From: a virus
Taxonomy: Duplodnaviria > Caudoviricetes
Length of the DNA: 64,000 bases
IMG/VR virus record: IMGVR_UViG_3300045454_000117
Span: 812-64,811 of that record
Reading direction: 5' to 3' (one strand)
Part shown: positions 18,021 to 26,474 of the stretch, piece after piece
Position numbering within the stretch: the first letter of the stretch is position 1
Layout of the letters: each line of letters starts with the position of its first letter
Notes under the pieces: generated by a model
The model's input: the letters and a program-made list of their open reading frames with translations, nothing else
What the model was told of the DNA's origin: nothing
Databases searched by the model: none
Position numbers and translations under genes: made by a program

Positions 18021-18673
18021 CCGGGGGCGACGACATCCGCGCGCTGAAGAAACGATTCGGTCCCGCCATGCGTGCCGCCGAAGCCGAGGCTCGCGCCGCG
18101 CTTGAGGCGAAATGGAGCCACAAGCAGGGTGCGCCGGAGACGCTCGAACGGATCGATCGAGTTCCGGAGCATCGGCGCCAGTCCCCTCTCTCGCGCATGG
18201 CGAAGCTGGGGAAGATCGATGCCGAGGATCTCGCGGCCGCCGAGGAGATCGCCAGCGTCGTCGAGATGATCGAGCGGTCCGTTTCGGTCCGCAGCGGGTC
18301 GCTGGAGGCTCGCGTCGATTGTTCGGGGTCGGCGCGGGACCAGCTCGTCGAATCGCTGGGTCGTATCAGGCTCGAGGTCGCCTATCGCGCCTGGCGCAAC
18401 AGCATCCCCAACCCGAAGCGCCTGATCATCGACATGGTGCTGACCAACACCCCGTATGTCCGCCTCGCCAAGGAGCATGGGCTGCACTGGCGCACCGCCC
18501 GCAAGCGCCTGATCTCGGCCCTGCGGATGTGGCCCAGCTTCAAGCTGTTGGCCCGGCACACCGTCAAGCGCGACGACGTCGAGGACGCCTATGCGCGGCT
18601 CGGTGAGGGGACATTGCTGGCCCCGCGCCCGAAGGCACCCCCGCCCTCCCTCGCCGAGGAGGGTTCGGAGTGA
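18017..18673 (+). CDS. Putative late-gene regulator (C-terminal HTH)
   Basis: YVRLAKEHGLHWRTARKRLISAL HTH; Q-like position. Confidence 0.5.
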   Translation: MTGGDDIRALKKRFGPAMRAAEAEARAALEAKWSHKQGAPETLERIDRVPEHRRQSPLSRMAKLGKIDAEDLAAAEEIASVVEMIERSVSVRSGSLEARVDCSGSARDQLVESLGRIRLEVAYRAWRNSIPNPKRLIIDMVLTNTPYVRLAKEHGLHWRTARKRLISALRMWPSFKLLARHTVKRDDVEDAYARLGEGTLLAPRPKAPPPSLAEEGSE

Positions 18674-18758
18674 TGCCGGCCCCGATGTCCCCCGCCGTCG
18701 CCTGCGCGTCGGCTCAATGTCGTCCCGGGGCAATCGCCCCGGTCATTGGAGAGGAAGC

Positions 18759-19382
18759 ATGACGCAGCCACTGGATTTCGCGGCGATCGCCGCGCGCGCC
18801 AACGCGAATGGGATCATGGTCACCGCCTGCGGAGTGAAGGAGATCGCGGGGATGCTCGCGCCGCAGAGCATGCCGCAGGCCCATGATGCGCTGCGGGAAG
18901 CGGTTCAGTATATCGAGCGCTATGGGCTGATGCCCGCCGAAAAGCGCCGCGCGGCCCGCGCCGAACTCGATGCGCTCGCCACCGACGTCCCCGCCGCTCC
19001 ACAGCCCTCCAAATGGCGGGACAAGATCGCATCGATCGTCGCTCGCGCCTATGGCGGCTCGCTCTACCCAGGATTTGGCGTTCCCGGCGACTATCCGGTT
19101 GAGGACGTCGATTACCGGGCGGCGGATGCCATCGGCGAATATCTCGCGATAGTTCGGCAAGCGGTACCCCCGCACTCTATCGCTGCGATCGCGGCCGCCT
19201 GGCAGCGCGTGGTCAATGCTCTGAACGATGTGCCCGGTGGGATGCACGCCGAACTGGAAGACGCAGCATCATCCTTCGACGAATTGGCCGAATCCTTGCT
19301 CGCTCCAGCCCCGCCCGAGGCGGCGATGAGCACCGGGTATCGCTGCCTCGACAGCCGCTCGCTGAACGGAGATGCCCAATGA
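18759..19382 (+). CDS. Hypothetical protein
   Basis: GAGGA RBS, open frame. Confidence 0.55.
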   Translation: MTQPLDFAAIAARANANGIMVTACGVKEIAGMLAPQSMPQAHDALREAVQYIERYGLMPAEKRRAARAELDALATDVPAAPQPSKWRDKIASIVARAYGGSLYPGFGVPGDYPVEDVDYRAADAIGEYLAIVRQAVPPHSIAAIAAAWQRVVNALNDVPGGMHAELEDAASSFDELAESLLAPAPPEAAMSTGYRCLDSRSLNGDAQ

Positions 19383-19636
19383 CCCGCCAGATCACCGCCA
19401 TTTACGGCGTCGAGCCCGGCCGCGAGGCCGAATATCCGATCGCGCACGCCGTCGGTTCGGAAAGCCACATTGCCGGGCGCGGCAAGGTCAAGGTCGAGTG
19501 GATCGAGCGTCGCCACGAGAATTATGGCGACCACGGTCTCGACTGGTTCGACGTTCTGTCCGCCGGCATCGTGGTCGCGTCGGTCCAGGCGCGCGCGGTC
19601 GCCGAGATCCACTATGGGCCAGAGGTGCCAGCGTGA
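19379..19636 (+). CDS. Hypothetical protein
   Basis: Coupled ORF. Confidence 0.6.
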   Translation: MTRQITAIYGVEPGREAEYPIAHAVGSESHIAGRGKVKVEWIERRHENYGDHGLDWFDVLSAGIVVASVQARAVAEIHYGPEVPA

Positions 19637-19863
19637 CCGCGCCCCGCTCCAGCGAGCAGCTGCTCGACCAGTACCGACGCCACCGCTCCAACCTGCACTC
19701 GTGGCAGACCCTCTACCCCTATGCGATGGGACGGGTCGAAAGTGCCCTCACCGCTCCCGGTCTTAGCGCGCAGGGCAGGATCAAAGAGGCGCTGTTGCAG
19801 ATCGCCGCGCTCGATATCGTCAGCGCGGAGCCGCTGCCCGAGCCTGAAAGCGAACCGGCATGA
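19633..19863 (+). CDS. Hypothetical protein
   Basis: Coupled ORF. Confidence 0.5.
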   Translation: MTAPRSSEQLLDQYRRHRSNLHSWQTLYPYAMGRVESALTAPGLSAQGRIKEALLQIAALDIVSAEPLPEPESEPA

Positions 19864-20201
19864 ACCGCGGCGGCCTCTGCGACGTCTGCATCGATCCCGG
19901 CCACTGTTGCCGTTCGGTGTTTCTCACTGGTGGCGACATCGGTGACCCGACAGCTGACATAGCCGCACCCATGTCATTCGAGCGCGCAGAGCATCTCGCT
20001 TTGCGATACCACCTGCCCTTCCGTCCAAACGAGCAGCGGTCCGATGGCCGGTGGAATTGGTGGTGCACAGCCCTTGGAGAAAACGGCCGCTGCACGATCT
20101 ACGAAGCTCGTCCACAGCTGTGCAGGTCTTATGCGGCGGGTTCTGATCCGCTATGCGTCCACCATCTCCCGAGGGAGGAAGATCATGCCCCGCCTGCTTA
20201 A
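19860..20201 (+). CDS. YkgJ-family Zn/Fe-chelating protein
   Basis: CDVC..PGHCC...CTAL...GRCTIYEARPQLCRSY. Confidence 0.85.
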   Translation: MNRGGLCDVCIDPGHCCRSVFLTGGDIGDPTADIAAPMSFERAEHLALRYHLPFRPNEQRSDGRWNWWCTALGENGRCTIYEARPQLCRSYAAGSDPLCVHHLPREEDHAPPA

Positions 20202-20435
20202 CCGCGACCAGGACCGCGCGCGCCGCGCCGCAAGGCTGGAATGGGCCGGGATACGCTCCGGCGATCGCCGAAAGATGAAACGCGCGAAGCGGTTGCGGCG
20301 TCAGGTCTTCTGCTCGCAGATGGCGAGCCTCCACGAATCGCTGCGCCGCTTTGCCGTCGATATCGGGCCATCCGTCCGTGCCTTTAGCGATGCGATGTCG
20401 AAATTGCAGCGCGGTTTCCAACAGATGGCCGTTGC

Positions 20436-20630
20436 TCAGAGCAAGGGTGCGCAGCGCAGCCCCAACTCCAGCCTGCGCTCGACGATCTCGTAAAACCGTC
20501 TGTTCGGTAGCTGGACGGGCCAAGCCTCGGAGACCACGCCCAACCGGGTCATGTCTTCGAGCTTGGCGTCCTCTTCCGGCGTCCATGGGAGCGGGGTCGG
20601 CCGCTGCTTCCATGCCTTCGGTTCTCTCAC
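20436..20630 (-). CDS. Small Myb/HTH-like protein
   Basis: PWTPEEDAKL...LPNR....I..R...LGL. Confidence 0.55.
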   Translation of the reverse strand: MREPKAWKQRPTPLPWTPEEDAKLEDMTRLGVVSEAWPVQLPNRRFYEIVERRLELGLRCAPLL

Positions 20631-21508
20631 GCCGCCAGCTCCGCCTGCACCGCCGCGACCCTGAATGCGGTCTCCATCCGATGCAGGTCCTTCTGCATCA
20701 CCGCAAGGATTTCGGCGATCGTTTCAGCGCGGCCGGGATCGACCTTCCGCACCGCGGTCACCACGTTGTCATCGATGCCGGCGCGGAGGAACGCCGCGAT
20801 GTTGTCGAGCCGCGCCTCGAATCCGCGCGCCGCGCTGATCTCTGCGACCGTTGGCGGCGGCGGTGTCTCGGCATCCCCGAACATTGAGGTCTGCGCCTCG
20901 GCCTCGGCGATCGCCTGGGCGATATCGCGAAGGGCCGTGACGGTCCGGCACCGCCCCGCATTGATCTGGCGCAGCAGCTTCCCCTGCCCCGCCTCGGACA
21001 GCCCGGCGAGGTAATAGGCCTGGGTCTGATAGAGCTGACCGCGCTCGAGCAGGTGCTGGCATTCCTCGGTGAGATTGAGCAACCGGAGCCGCTCCGTGAT
21101 CCGTACCAGCGGCTTGCCCAGCTTCACCGCCAGCGTCTCCGGCGTGTACTCGAACTCCGCGATCATGCGCTGATAGGACCGCGCCTGCTCCATCAGCGTG
21201 ACGTCGACTCGCTGGTCGTTCTCGATGATGGCGTCGATCGCGAGCTGTGCGTCATCCACCTTCGCGAGGTTGCATGCGATCTCCGTCGCCCCGCCCTGCT
21301 CGGCGAGCAGCTGACAGGCGCGGAACCGTCGCTCGCCGGCGACGATCATGTAGCGCCCATCCTTTTCTTTTCGGACCGTGATGGGCTGCAGCAGCCCGTT
21401 CTCGCGGATCGACGCCGCGAGGTGCCGCAGCTCCTCCTCGTCGAAGATCTTGCGGGGCTGATCGGGGTTACCGAAGATGCGATCGAGGGCGATGCGCTTC
21501 GTCATCAC
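20627..21508 (-). CDS. ParB/RepB/Spo0J family protein
   Basis: NPDQPRKIFD..L..LAASIRENGLLQPITVR, IVAGERRFRA, IIENDQR, HTH. Confidence 0.92.
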   Translation of the reverse strand: MMTKRIALDRIFGNPDQPRKIFDEEELRHLAASIRENGLLQPITVRKEKDGRYMIVAGERRFRACQLLAEQGGATEIACNLAKVDDAQLAIDAIIENDQRVDVTLMEQARSYQRMIAEFEYTPETLAVKLGKPLVRITERLRLLNLTEECQHLLERGQLYQTQAYYLAGLSEAGQGKLLRQINAGRCRTVTALRDIAQAIAEAEAQTSMFGDAETPPPPTVAEISAARGFEARLDNIAAFLRAGIDDNVVTAVRKVDPGRAETIAEILAVMQKDLHRMETAFRVAAVQAELAA

Positions 21509-21672
21509 AACACCTCCGCGCCGACGCGCTCAACGATCGCATCGGCGATCTCGGGGCCGAAGTTCTCAACGATCCATGCGCTTAGGCTATCATCGCGGTC
21601 GCGCGCGCAGCACTCGCTGGGAAGATCGTCCACCTGGTCAAAGAACTGGTGGATGCCATGGTCAATCATCAT
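21505..21672 (-). CDS. Small acidic hypothetical protein
   Basis: AAGGAG RBS inside hairpin motif; coupled to parB. Confidence 0.5.
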   Translation of the reverse strand: MMIDHGIHQFFDQVDDLPSECCARDRDDSLSAWIVENFGPEIADAIVERVGAEVL

Positions 21673-21674
21673 GG

Positions 21675-21732
21675 GTTCGGACTCCTTGGTAGGGAGCCCG
21701 AACTCTATGACACCGGCGACCGGCGTAAAGCA
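21675..21732 (-). promoter_or_regulatory. Promoter-like motif copy 2 abutting RBS hairpin copy B (11-bp stem)
   Basis: TGCTTTACGCCGGTCG...TAGAGTT followed by GTTCGGGCTCC-CTACCAA-GGAGTCCGAAC. Confidence 0.65.
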
Positions 21733-21748
21733 CAATCGCCACTCTAAG

Positions 21749-21934
21749 TTACTGCTTCTGCACCTTTTTCTTGCGCGGTGCGCGCTTCTTTTTCGGGGGT
21801 GGTGACGGCTTCGGTTCGTTCCAGCCGAACCGCTCGAAATCGCGATCAGCGAGCCTTCCGACATCGGCGATCTGCTCATCGACCTTGTCCTGGGGCAGCG
21901 GGAAATCAGATGTGGGCGGGGGTTCCTTGGACAT
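21749..21934 (-). CDS. Small protein with basic C-terminus
   Basis: Preceded by hairpin copy C (21943-21957); FGW..PKP..KKKRAPRKKK. Confidence 0.55.
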   Translation of the reverse strand: MSKEPPPTSDFPLPQDKVDEQIADVGRLADRDFERFGWNEPKPSPPPKKKRAPRKKKVQKQ

Positions 21935-21970
21935 CAGGGTGGCTCCGTTGGTAGGGAATGGTCGCGGGCA

Positions 21971-23512
21971 TCACCGGTAGTTCCTGACGTCCAGGATCAC
22001 GGTGTTGACGTTCGTGCCTGCGAGGGCGAACGACTTCTCGGGCAGGTCAATCCATCGGGCATTGCCGCGGCCCAGCCGAGTGAGTTCATCATGCAGCGCC
22101 TTGTGGCGAGCATCGGTTGCGTGTTCAGCCCTGGCGGACATCACCGCGACGAGCCGGCCTCCGGGCTTGAGGAATTTGAGCGCGTGGCGGACATGGTCGC
22201 AGTCGCGGCCACGATCGAAGGGCGGGTTCATGATGACGAAATCGAACAGCCCGCCGAGGTCGCTGGGCTGCATCGCGAGGAAGTCGCCCTCGCGCGTATG
22301 GTAGCCGCTGGTCCGCAGCAGCGCGGCCAGGTGCGGCTGGATCTCGACGCAGGTGACATCGTGGCCCTTGGCCCGCGCGGCCGCCGCGAGCGCGCCGGTT
22401 CCCGCGCTTGGTTCGAGGACACGGCTCGGGCGCCACTCGTCCCATGCGCGCCCGGCACAATCGGCCCGGCCCTGTAGCTCCGCTCGCGCGATCACCTGCG
22501 CGACCACCGGCTCCGGCGACGGGAAGAAGCCGTAATGCTTCGCTGGGGTCGAATGGTAGAGCGGTCCGGCATCGTACCCCGGGGCGCTCTCATCGACATC
22601 ACCCTCGACGGGCCGGTAGTATTCGAGCAGCAGCTCGTTGACCTCAGCGAGCAGGTCCTTGCGCGTGAACCAGAGGTGGATGTTGCCGTTCTTGAAGACG
22701 TCGATCTTGAAATAGTCCTCCTCGAAGCGGTGCGGCCGCGCGCCGGGCGAGATCGCGATGCGCTCCGAGATCTGCTGCGCGCGGGGCAGCGTCCCCTTCC
22801 CGTCCAGCTCGCGGAAGATGCGCTCGACGTCCGCGAGGGCATCGCGTTTGCCTCGGTCGTGATACGACCAACTCGCATAGTCGATTGCCAGCGCGTTCGA
22901 GAAAATCAGGCGGTTTCCGATCGCGAAGGCGTCGTGGGAACGGAAGCGCCGGTCCATCTGCATGAACACGTTGGCGATTCCGCGCAGATACATCTCGCGG
23001 CGGTTCGCCCAGACAGTGGAGAATGTCGCGTTCGCGTTCTCCACAGTGAACGCCGGCGGTGTGTCGCGGATGCTCTCGTGGAACTCGGCCCGCGCCTGGC
23101 TGTCGAGCAAGGTGTCGAACCCGAGATGATCCATCAGGTGGGACCAGCACCGGCGATCGATCGAGGCGGTCAGGAGCTTCTCGAATTCGTCGCGGGCGTC
23201 ATAGGTGACTTGGCGACGCTGCCCCTGATCCCATCGCTGCCCCTGCCCTGTAGTCAGGAATGCCCGGGTGAATGAGTTATCGGAGTAGCGATCGTCCTGC
23301 GGGATCGATAGCGAGAGGTTGCCCGCGATGCAGGTCGCGCCAGCCGCCGCCGTCGTGGCGTGGAAGCTGTCATAGGCTTTGAGCCACATCGCGATCGCGC
23401 GGTCGCGTCCGTCGGTGAAGTCCTTGATATTCGCCAGCGTGGCGAGCGCCTGGTCAGGAGGGCGCGTGGAATCGGGGTCGGGAGGCGTGATGCCCCCTGT
23501 CACGTAGTTCAT
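21971..23512 (-). CDS. DUF4942 domain plus N6-adenine-type DNA methyltransferase
   Basis: FKIDVFKNGNIHLWF (DUF4942), FFPSP, VLEPSAGTG, CVEI, IMNPPF. Confidence 0.88.
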   Translation of the reverse strand: MNYVTGGITPPDPDSTRPPDQALATLANIKDFTDGRDRAIAMWLKAYDSFHATTAAAGATCIAGNLSLSIPQDDRYSDNSFTRAFLTTGQGQRWDQGQRRQVTYDARDEFEKLLTASIDRRCWSHLMDHLGFDTLLDSQARAEFHESIRDTPPAFTVENANATFSTVWANRREMYLRGIANVFMQMDRRFRSHDAFAIGNRLIFSNALAIDYASWSYHDRGKRDALADVERIFRELDGKGTLPRAQQISERIAISPGARPHRFEEDYFKIDVFKNGNIHLWFTRKDLLAEVNELLLEYYRPVEGDVDESAPGYDAGPLYHSTPAKHYGFFPSPEPVVAQVIARAELQGRADCAGRAWDEWRPSRVLEPSAGTGALAAAARAKGHDVTCVEIQPHLAALLRTSGYHTREGDFLAMQPSDLGGLFDFVIMNPPFDRGRDCDHVRHALKFLKPGGRLVAVMSARAEHATDARHKALHDELTRLGRGNARWIDLPEKSFALAGTNVNTVILDVRNYR

Positions 23513-23518
23513 CGATAG

Positions 23519-23609
23519 CTCCTTGGTAGGGAAAGAAATTTGTGATCGGGCAGTCTTGCGCGGTGCGAACCGTGCGGGCATCAGGCGCAGGTTCCTTGGT
23601 AGGGAACCT
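23519..23609 (-). promoter_or_regulatory. RBS hairpin copies D (23519-23532) and E (23589-23609)
   Basis: TCCCTACCAAGGAG and AGGTTCC-CTACCAA-GGAACCT, each before an in-frame ATG of the methyltransferase. Confidence 0.65.
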
Positions 23610-23648
23610 TCCGGCCGGGGAGTGACCGCTCCTCGGCCGGTCGTATTT

Positions 23649-24245
23649 CTAAGCGGCCTCCATCGTCGGGATCTGGTCGATCACCTCCTTCATCTCCGAT
23701 CTCAGCAACGAGATGTCATACAGGAACTGGCGCTCCAGCCAGTATTCGCCGCCGGTGCCGAACAGCTTCCCCAGGCGTAGCGCCATCGGAGGAGTGATCT
23801 TCTGCTCGCCGAGCAGGACGAGGTAGAGACTCTGTCGGCTCACCTGCAGCAGCTTGGCCGCTTTTCCGACCTTCAGGTCATGCCGGGCCAAGGTTTCGGA
23901 TAGCAGCGATCCGGGGTGACCTTCAGGGGCAGTCCTCCGAGCAGCAACGATTCGAGTTGCGACGGCTTCGATCTCAGCTTGGGCCTCTATGATCGCTTGA
24001 TCGACCGCAGCTGTGGCTTGGTCGACCGTACACGCGAACCATTCGCCGCGCTGACGATATCGGGCCAGTATCCGATGCGCGATCCTTTCGGCGATCAGTG
24101 CGCTCAACTCACTGCAATCGGCCTCGTGGCTTAGTTCGAGCGCGTATGGGCATCCTGTTGAAAGCTGCGCCAGGCGCACCGCTGGGTGCTTGCTGATGCC
24201 AACCTTTTGCAGCTTGGCCGTGGCTCGGATCACATAGAGCTTCAT
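23649..24245 (-). CDS. T5orf172/GIY-YIG-like domain fused to a HigA-type HTH
   Basis: LYVI....KVGIS..P..RL..L.TG.P...E...H......GEWF; HPG.LL.E...VSRQ...ITP.MALRL..FGT..EYWL..Q..YD. Confidence 0.8.
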   Translation of the reverse strand: MKLYVIRATAKLQKVGISKHPAVRLAQLSTGCPYALELSHEADCSELSALIAERIAHRILARYRQRGEWFACTVDQATAAVDQAIIEAQAEIEAVATRIVAARRTAPEGHPGSLLSETLARHDLKVGKAAKLLQVSRQSLYLVLLGEQKITPPMALRLGKLFGTGGEYWLERQFLYDISLLRSEMKEVIDQIPTMEAA

Positions 24246-24362
24246 CGCCCCGATGTGTGCCCTTCCCATAAATTGTCAATAGTGTCTCAACAATAAATGC
24301 GTAGGCAAAAGCGGCTAATGTAATGCGTCACCTAACACTATTTCAAATCGCAATTTTCGCGA

Positions 24363-24392
24363 TTGACAGTGCCACGAACTTCGATGGATATA
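24363..24392 (+). promoter_or_regulatory. Putative sigma70-type promoter of the late/packaging operon
   Basis: TTGACA followed 18 bp later by GATATA in an AT-rich gap. Confidence 0.5.
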
Positions 24393-24496
24393 GCCATCAC
24401 GGAAAGTTCCCAAACGCGGAACGGTTCACCCCCAAATTTGCCCCACTCGCCCCGTGTTTCGCGCGGGCTGGTGCCGTGCGTCGCGAGGAAACCCCT

Positions 24497-25123
24497 GTGT
24501 CGAGTAAATTGGATACGGCTCTGTGGCCGGCCACCGCCGTGGAACTGCGCGACGTCACAGCGCTGCTGCCCTATGCGCGGAACGCCCGCATCCACAGCGA
24601 GGCTCAGATCGCCCAGCTCGCCGCAGCGATCCGCGAATGGGGATGGACTGTGCCGGTCCTGATCGACGAGGACGGGATGCTCCTCGCCGGGCATGGGCGC
24701 GTCATGGCCGCCCGCCTCCTCGAACTGGCTCAGGTGCCTGTCATGGTCGCGCGCGGCTGGGACGAGGCCAAGAAGCGGGCGTACATCATCGCCGACAACA
24801 AGCTGGCCGAGAACGCATCGTGGGACGAGGGCCTGCTCCGCGTCGAGCTCGAATCGCTCTTGGGCGATGACTTCGCGGTGGCGCTGACGGGCTTCGGCGT
24901 CGACGAGATGGTCGGGCTTGAACAGGCCGGCGAGATGCCCGACGCGCTGGAACCGCTCCAGCAGCCGAATGGCGGCGACAGCAAGACGCTGCAGCTGACC
25001 TTCGGGAACAAAAAGGTTCCGCTCACCGACGACGAGGCGGCATGGCTCGAAGCCCGGCTTCAGGCCCATGTGGACGAGTTCGGTATCAGCAACGGCTTCG
25101 TCGAGCGATCGCTCCGTGTTTGA
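24497..25123 (+). CDS. ParB/Srx N-terminal domain protein
   Basis: LLPYARNAR.HS..QI..LA..I.EWGW..PVLIDE....AGHGR..AA, YIIADNKL. Confidence 0.9.
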   Translation: MSSKLDTALWPATAVELRDVTALLPYARNARIHSEAQIAQLAAAIREWGWTVPVLIDEDGMLLAGHGRVMAARLLELAQVPVMVARGWDEAKKRAYIIADNKLAENASWDEGLLRVELESLLGDDFAVALTGFGVDEMVGLEQAGEMPDALEPLQQPNGGDSKTLQLTFGNKKVPLTDDEAAWLEARLQAHVDEFGISNGFVERSLRV

Positions 25124-26474
25124 CCCCAGCTTCCCAATCGACCAGCTGCGCCCGGCCGATTACAACCCGCGCGCAATCAGCGACGCCTCGCTGGAAGCGC
25201 TGGCCGACAGCCTCCGCACCCTCGGCATCGTCAAACCCGTGGTCGCACTGCGCGACGGCCTGATCGTCGCCGGCCACCAACGCACCCGCGCCGCGAAAAT
25301 GGCGGGCTTCACTCACACCCCGGTCTGCTTCCTGTCGAAGAAGCCGAACCCGCAGGACGAAATTCGCTTCAACCAGCTGCACAACGGCACTGATCTCGAC
25401 AGCGGCGAAGAAGCCGCCTGGGTGCCGCCGGCGACCGAACCCGGCTTCGCGATGGTCGATCTGGTGTCGGGCAACCATCGCTCGATCGGCGCATCGACCC
25501 GCTCCGAGGTCGCCCGGATGCTGACCGCTTATGGGAATTGGGGCGGCTGTGTCGCCTCCATGCAGGGAGAGGTTCTGTCGAGCGCGAGCTATGCTCTCGC
25601 TGCGCATGTCATCTCCCAGAAGGTCCGCTGCTTCTACGTTCCCGACGATCAGGTCGACCGGGTGCGCGCGATCTTCGCCGAACAGTACGGACGGTACAGC
25701 TACGACCGGATCGAGCGGCGGACCTTCAACCAGACATTCGCTCAGCTCTACCGGTTGCGCGGCGGGCAAAAGGACAACTACAGCCCGACCTACGACTGGC
25801 TGCTGCGCGAGGTGCCGAAGACCGCGCGGATCTTCGATTTCGGGTGCGGTCAGGGCGATTACGTCCGGACGCTCAAGGCCCAGGGTTACGACATCCACGG
25901 GCTCGAATTCTTCCGTCGCCGCGGCGGCGCGCTGGACCTGACCGCGATCAATCGCATGATCGACACCATGCTGCTGTCGATCCGGATGCACGGCCTCTGG
26001 GATGTCGTGATCTGCGACTATGTGCTGAACAGCGTCGACACCCAGCAGGCCGAGGACGATGTCCTGGCCTGCGTCAACGCCTTCCTGAAACCCGGCGGCC
26101 GGGCGTTTTTCAGCGGCCGACCGATGAAGCGGGTTCTGGGCAGCGCGCGCATGAGCCGGCGCATCACCCAGCACCGCGAGGTCGAGTTCCTCGACCAGCA
26201 TAACATCTCGGGCCTGTTCCGGGGCGGCGAGTGGTTCTTCCAGAAATTCCACTCGCCCGAGGATGTCCAAGCGATCGTGCGCAAGCACTTCCGCGACGAC
26301 GGCGAGCACCAGTACCACGAGGGCACATCGGCCTGGCAGGCGTCAGTGGTGAAGGCGAAGCAGGCTCCGGACCAGCGCGGCGCCATCGAGCGCGAGTTCA
26401 ATCTCCCCCTCCCGGGGGAAAAGCGGATCGGCCGTCACGAGGACGTGCTGGCGGTGATGGCCTCGCTCATTTGA
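25116..26474 (+). CDS. ParB-N fused to a class I SAM methyltransferase
   Basis: ADYNPR.IS, IVAGHQRT, FN..H; IFDFGCGQG, DVVICDYVLNSV. Confidence 0.85.
   Translation: MFDPSFPIDQLRPADYNPRAISDASLEALADSLRTLGIVKPVVALRDGLIVAGHQRTRAAKMAGFTHTPVCFLSKKPNPQDEIRFNQLHNGTDLDSGEEAAWVPPATEPGFAMVDLVSGNHRSIGASTRSEVARMLTAYGNWGGCVASMQGEVLSSASYALAAHVISQKVRCFYVPDDQVDRVRAIFAEQYGRYSYDRIERRTFNQTFAQLYRLRGGQKDNYSPTYDWLLREVPKTARIFDFGCGQGDYVRTLKAQGYDIHGLEFFRRRGGALDLTAINRMIDTMLLSIRMHGLWDVVICDYVLNSVDTQQAEDDVLACVNAFLKPGGRAFFSGRPMKRVLGSARMSRRITQHREVEFLDQHNISGLFRGGEWFFQKFHSPEDVQAIVRKHFRDDGEHQYHEGTSAWQASVVKAKQAPDQRGAIEREFNLPLPGEKRIGRHEDVLAVMASLI

Noticed and set aside
743-23609. Repeated 14-mer as a possible CRISPR repeat
   Set aside because: Too short, dispersed and irregularly spaced; no cas genes
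24345-24365. ATCGCAATTTTCGCGAT resembling CI operator half-sites near the late promoter
   Set aside because: Spacing does not fit the 11-bp palindrome; too weak to call
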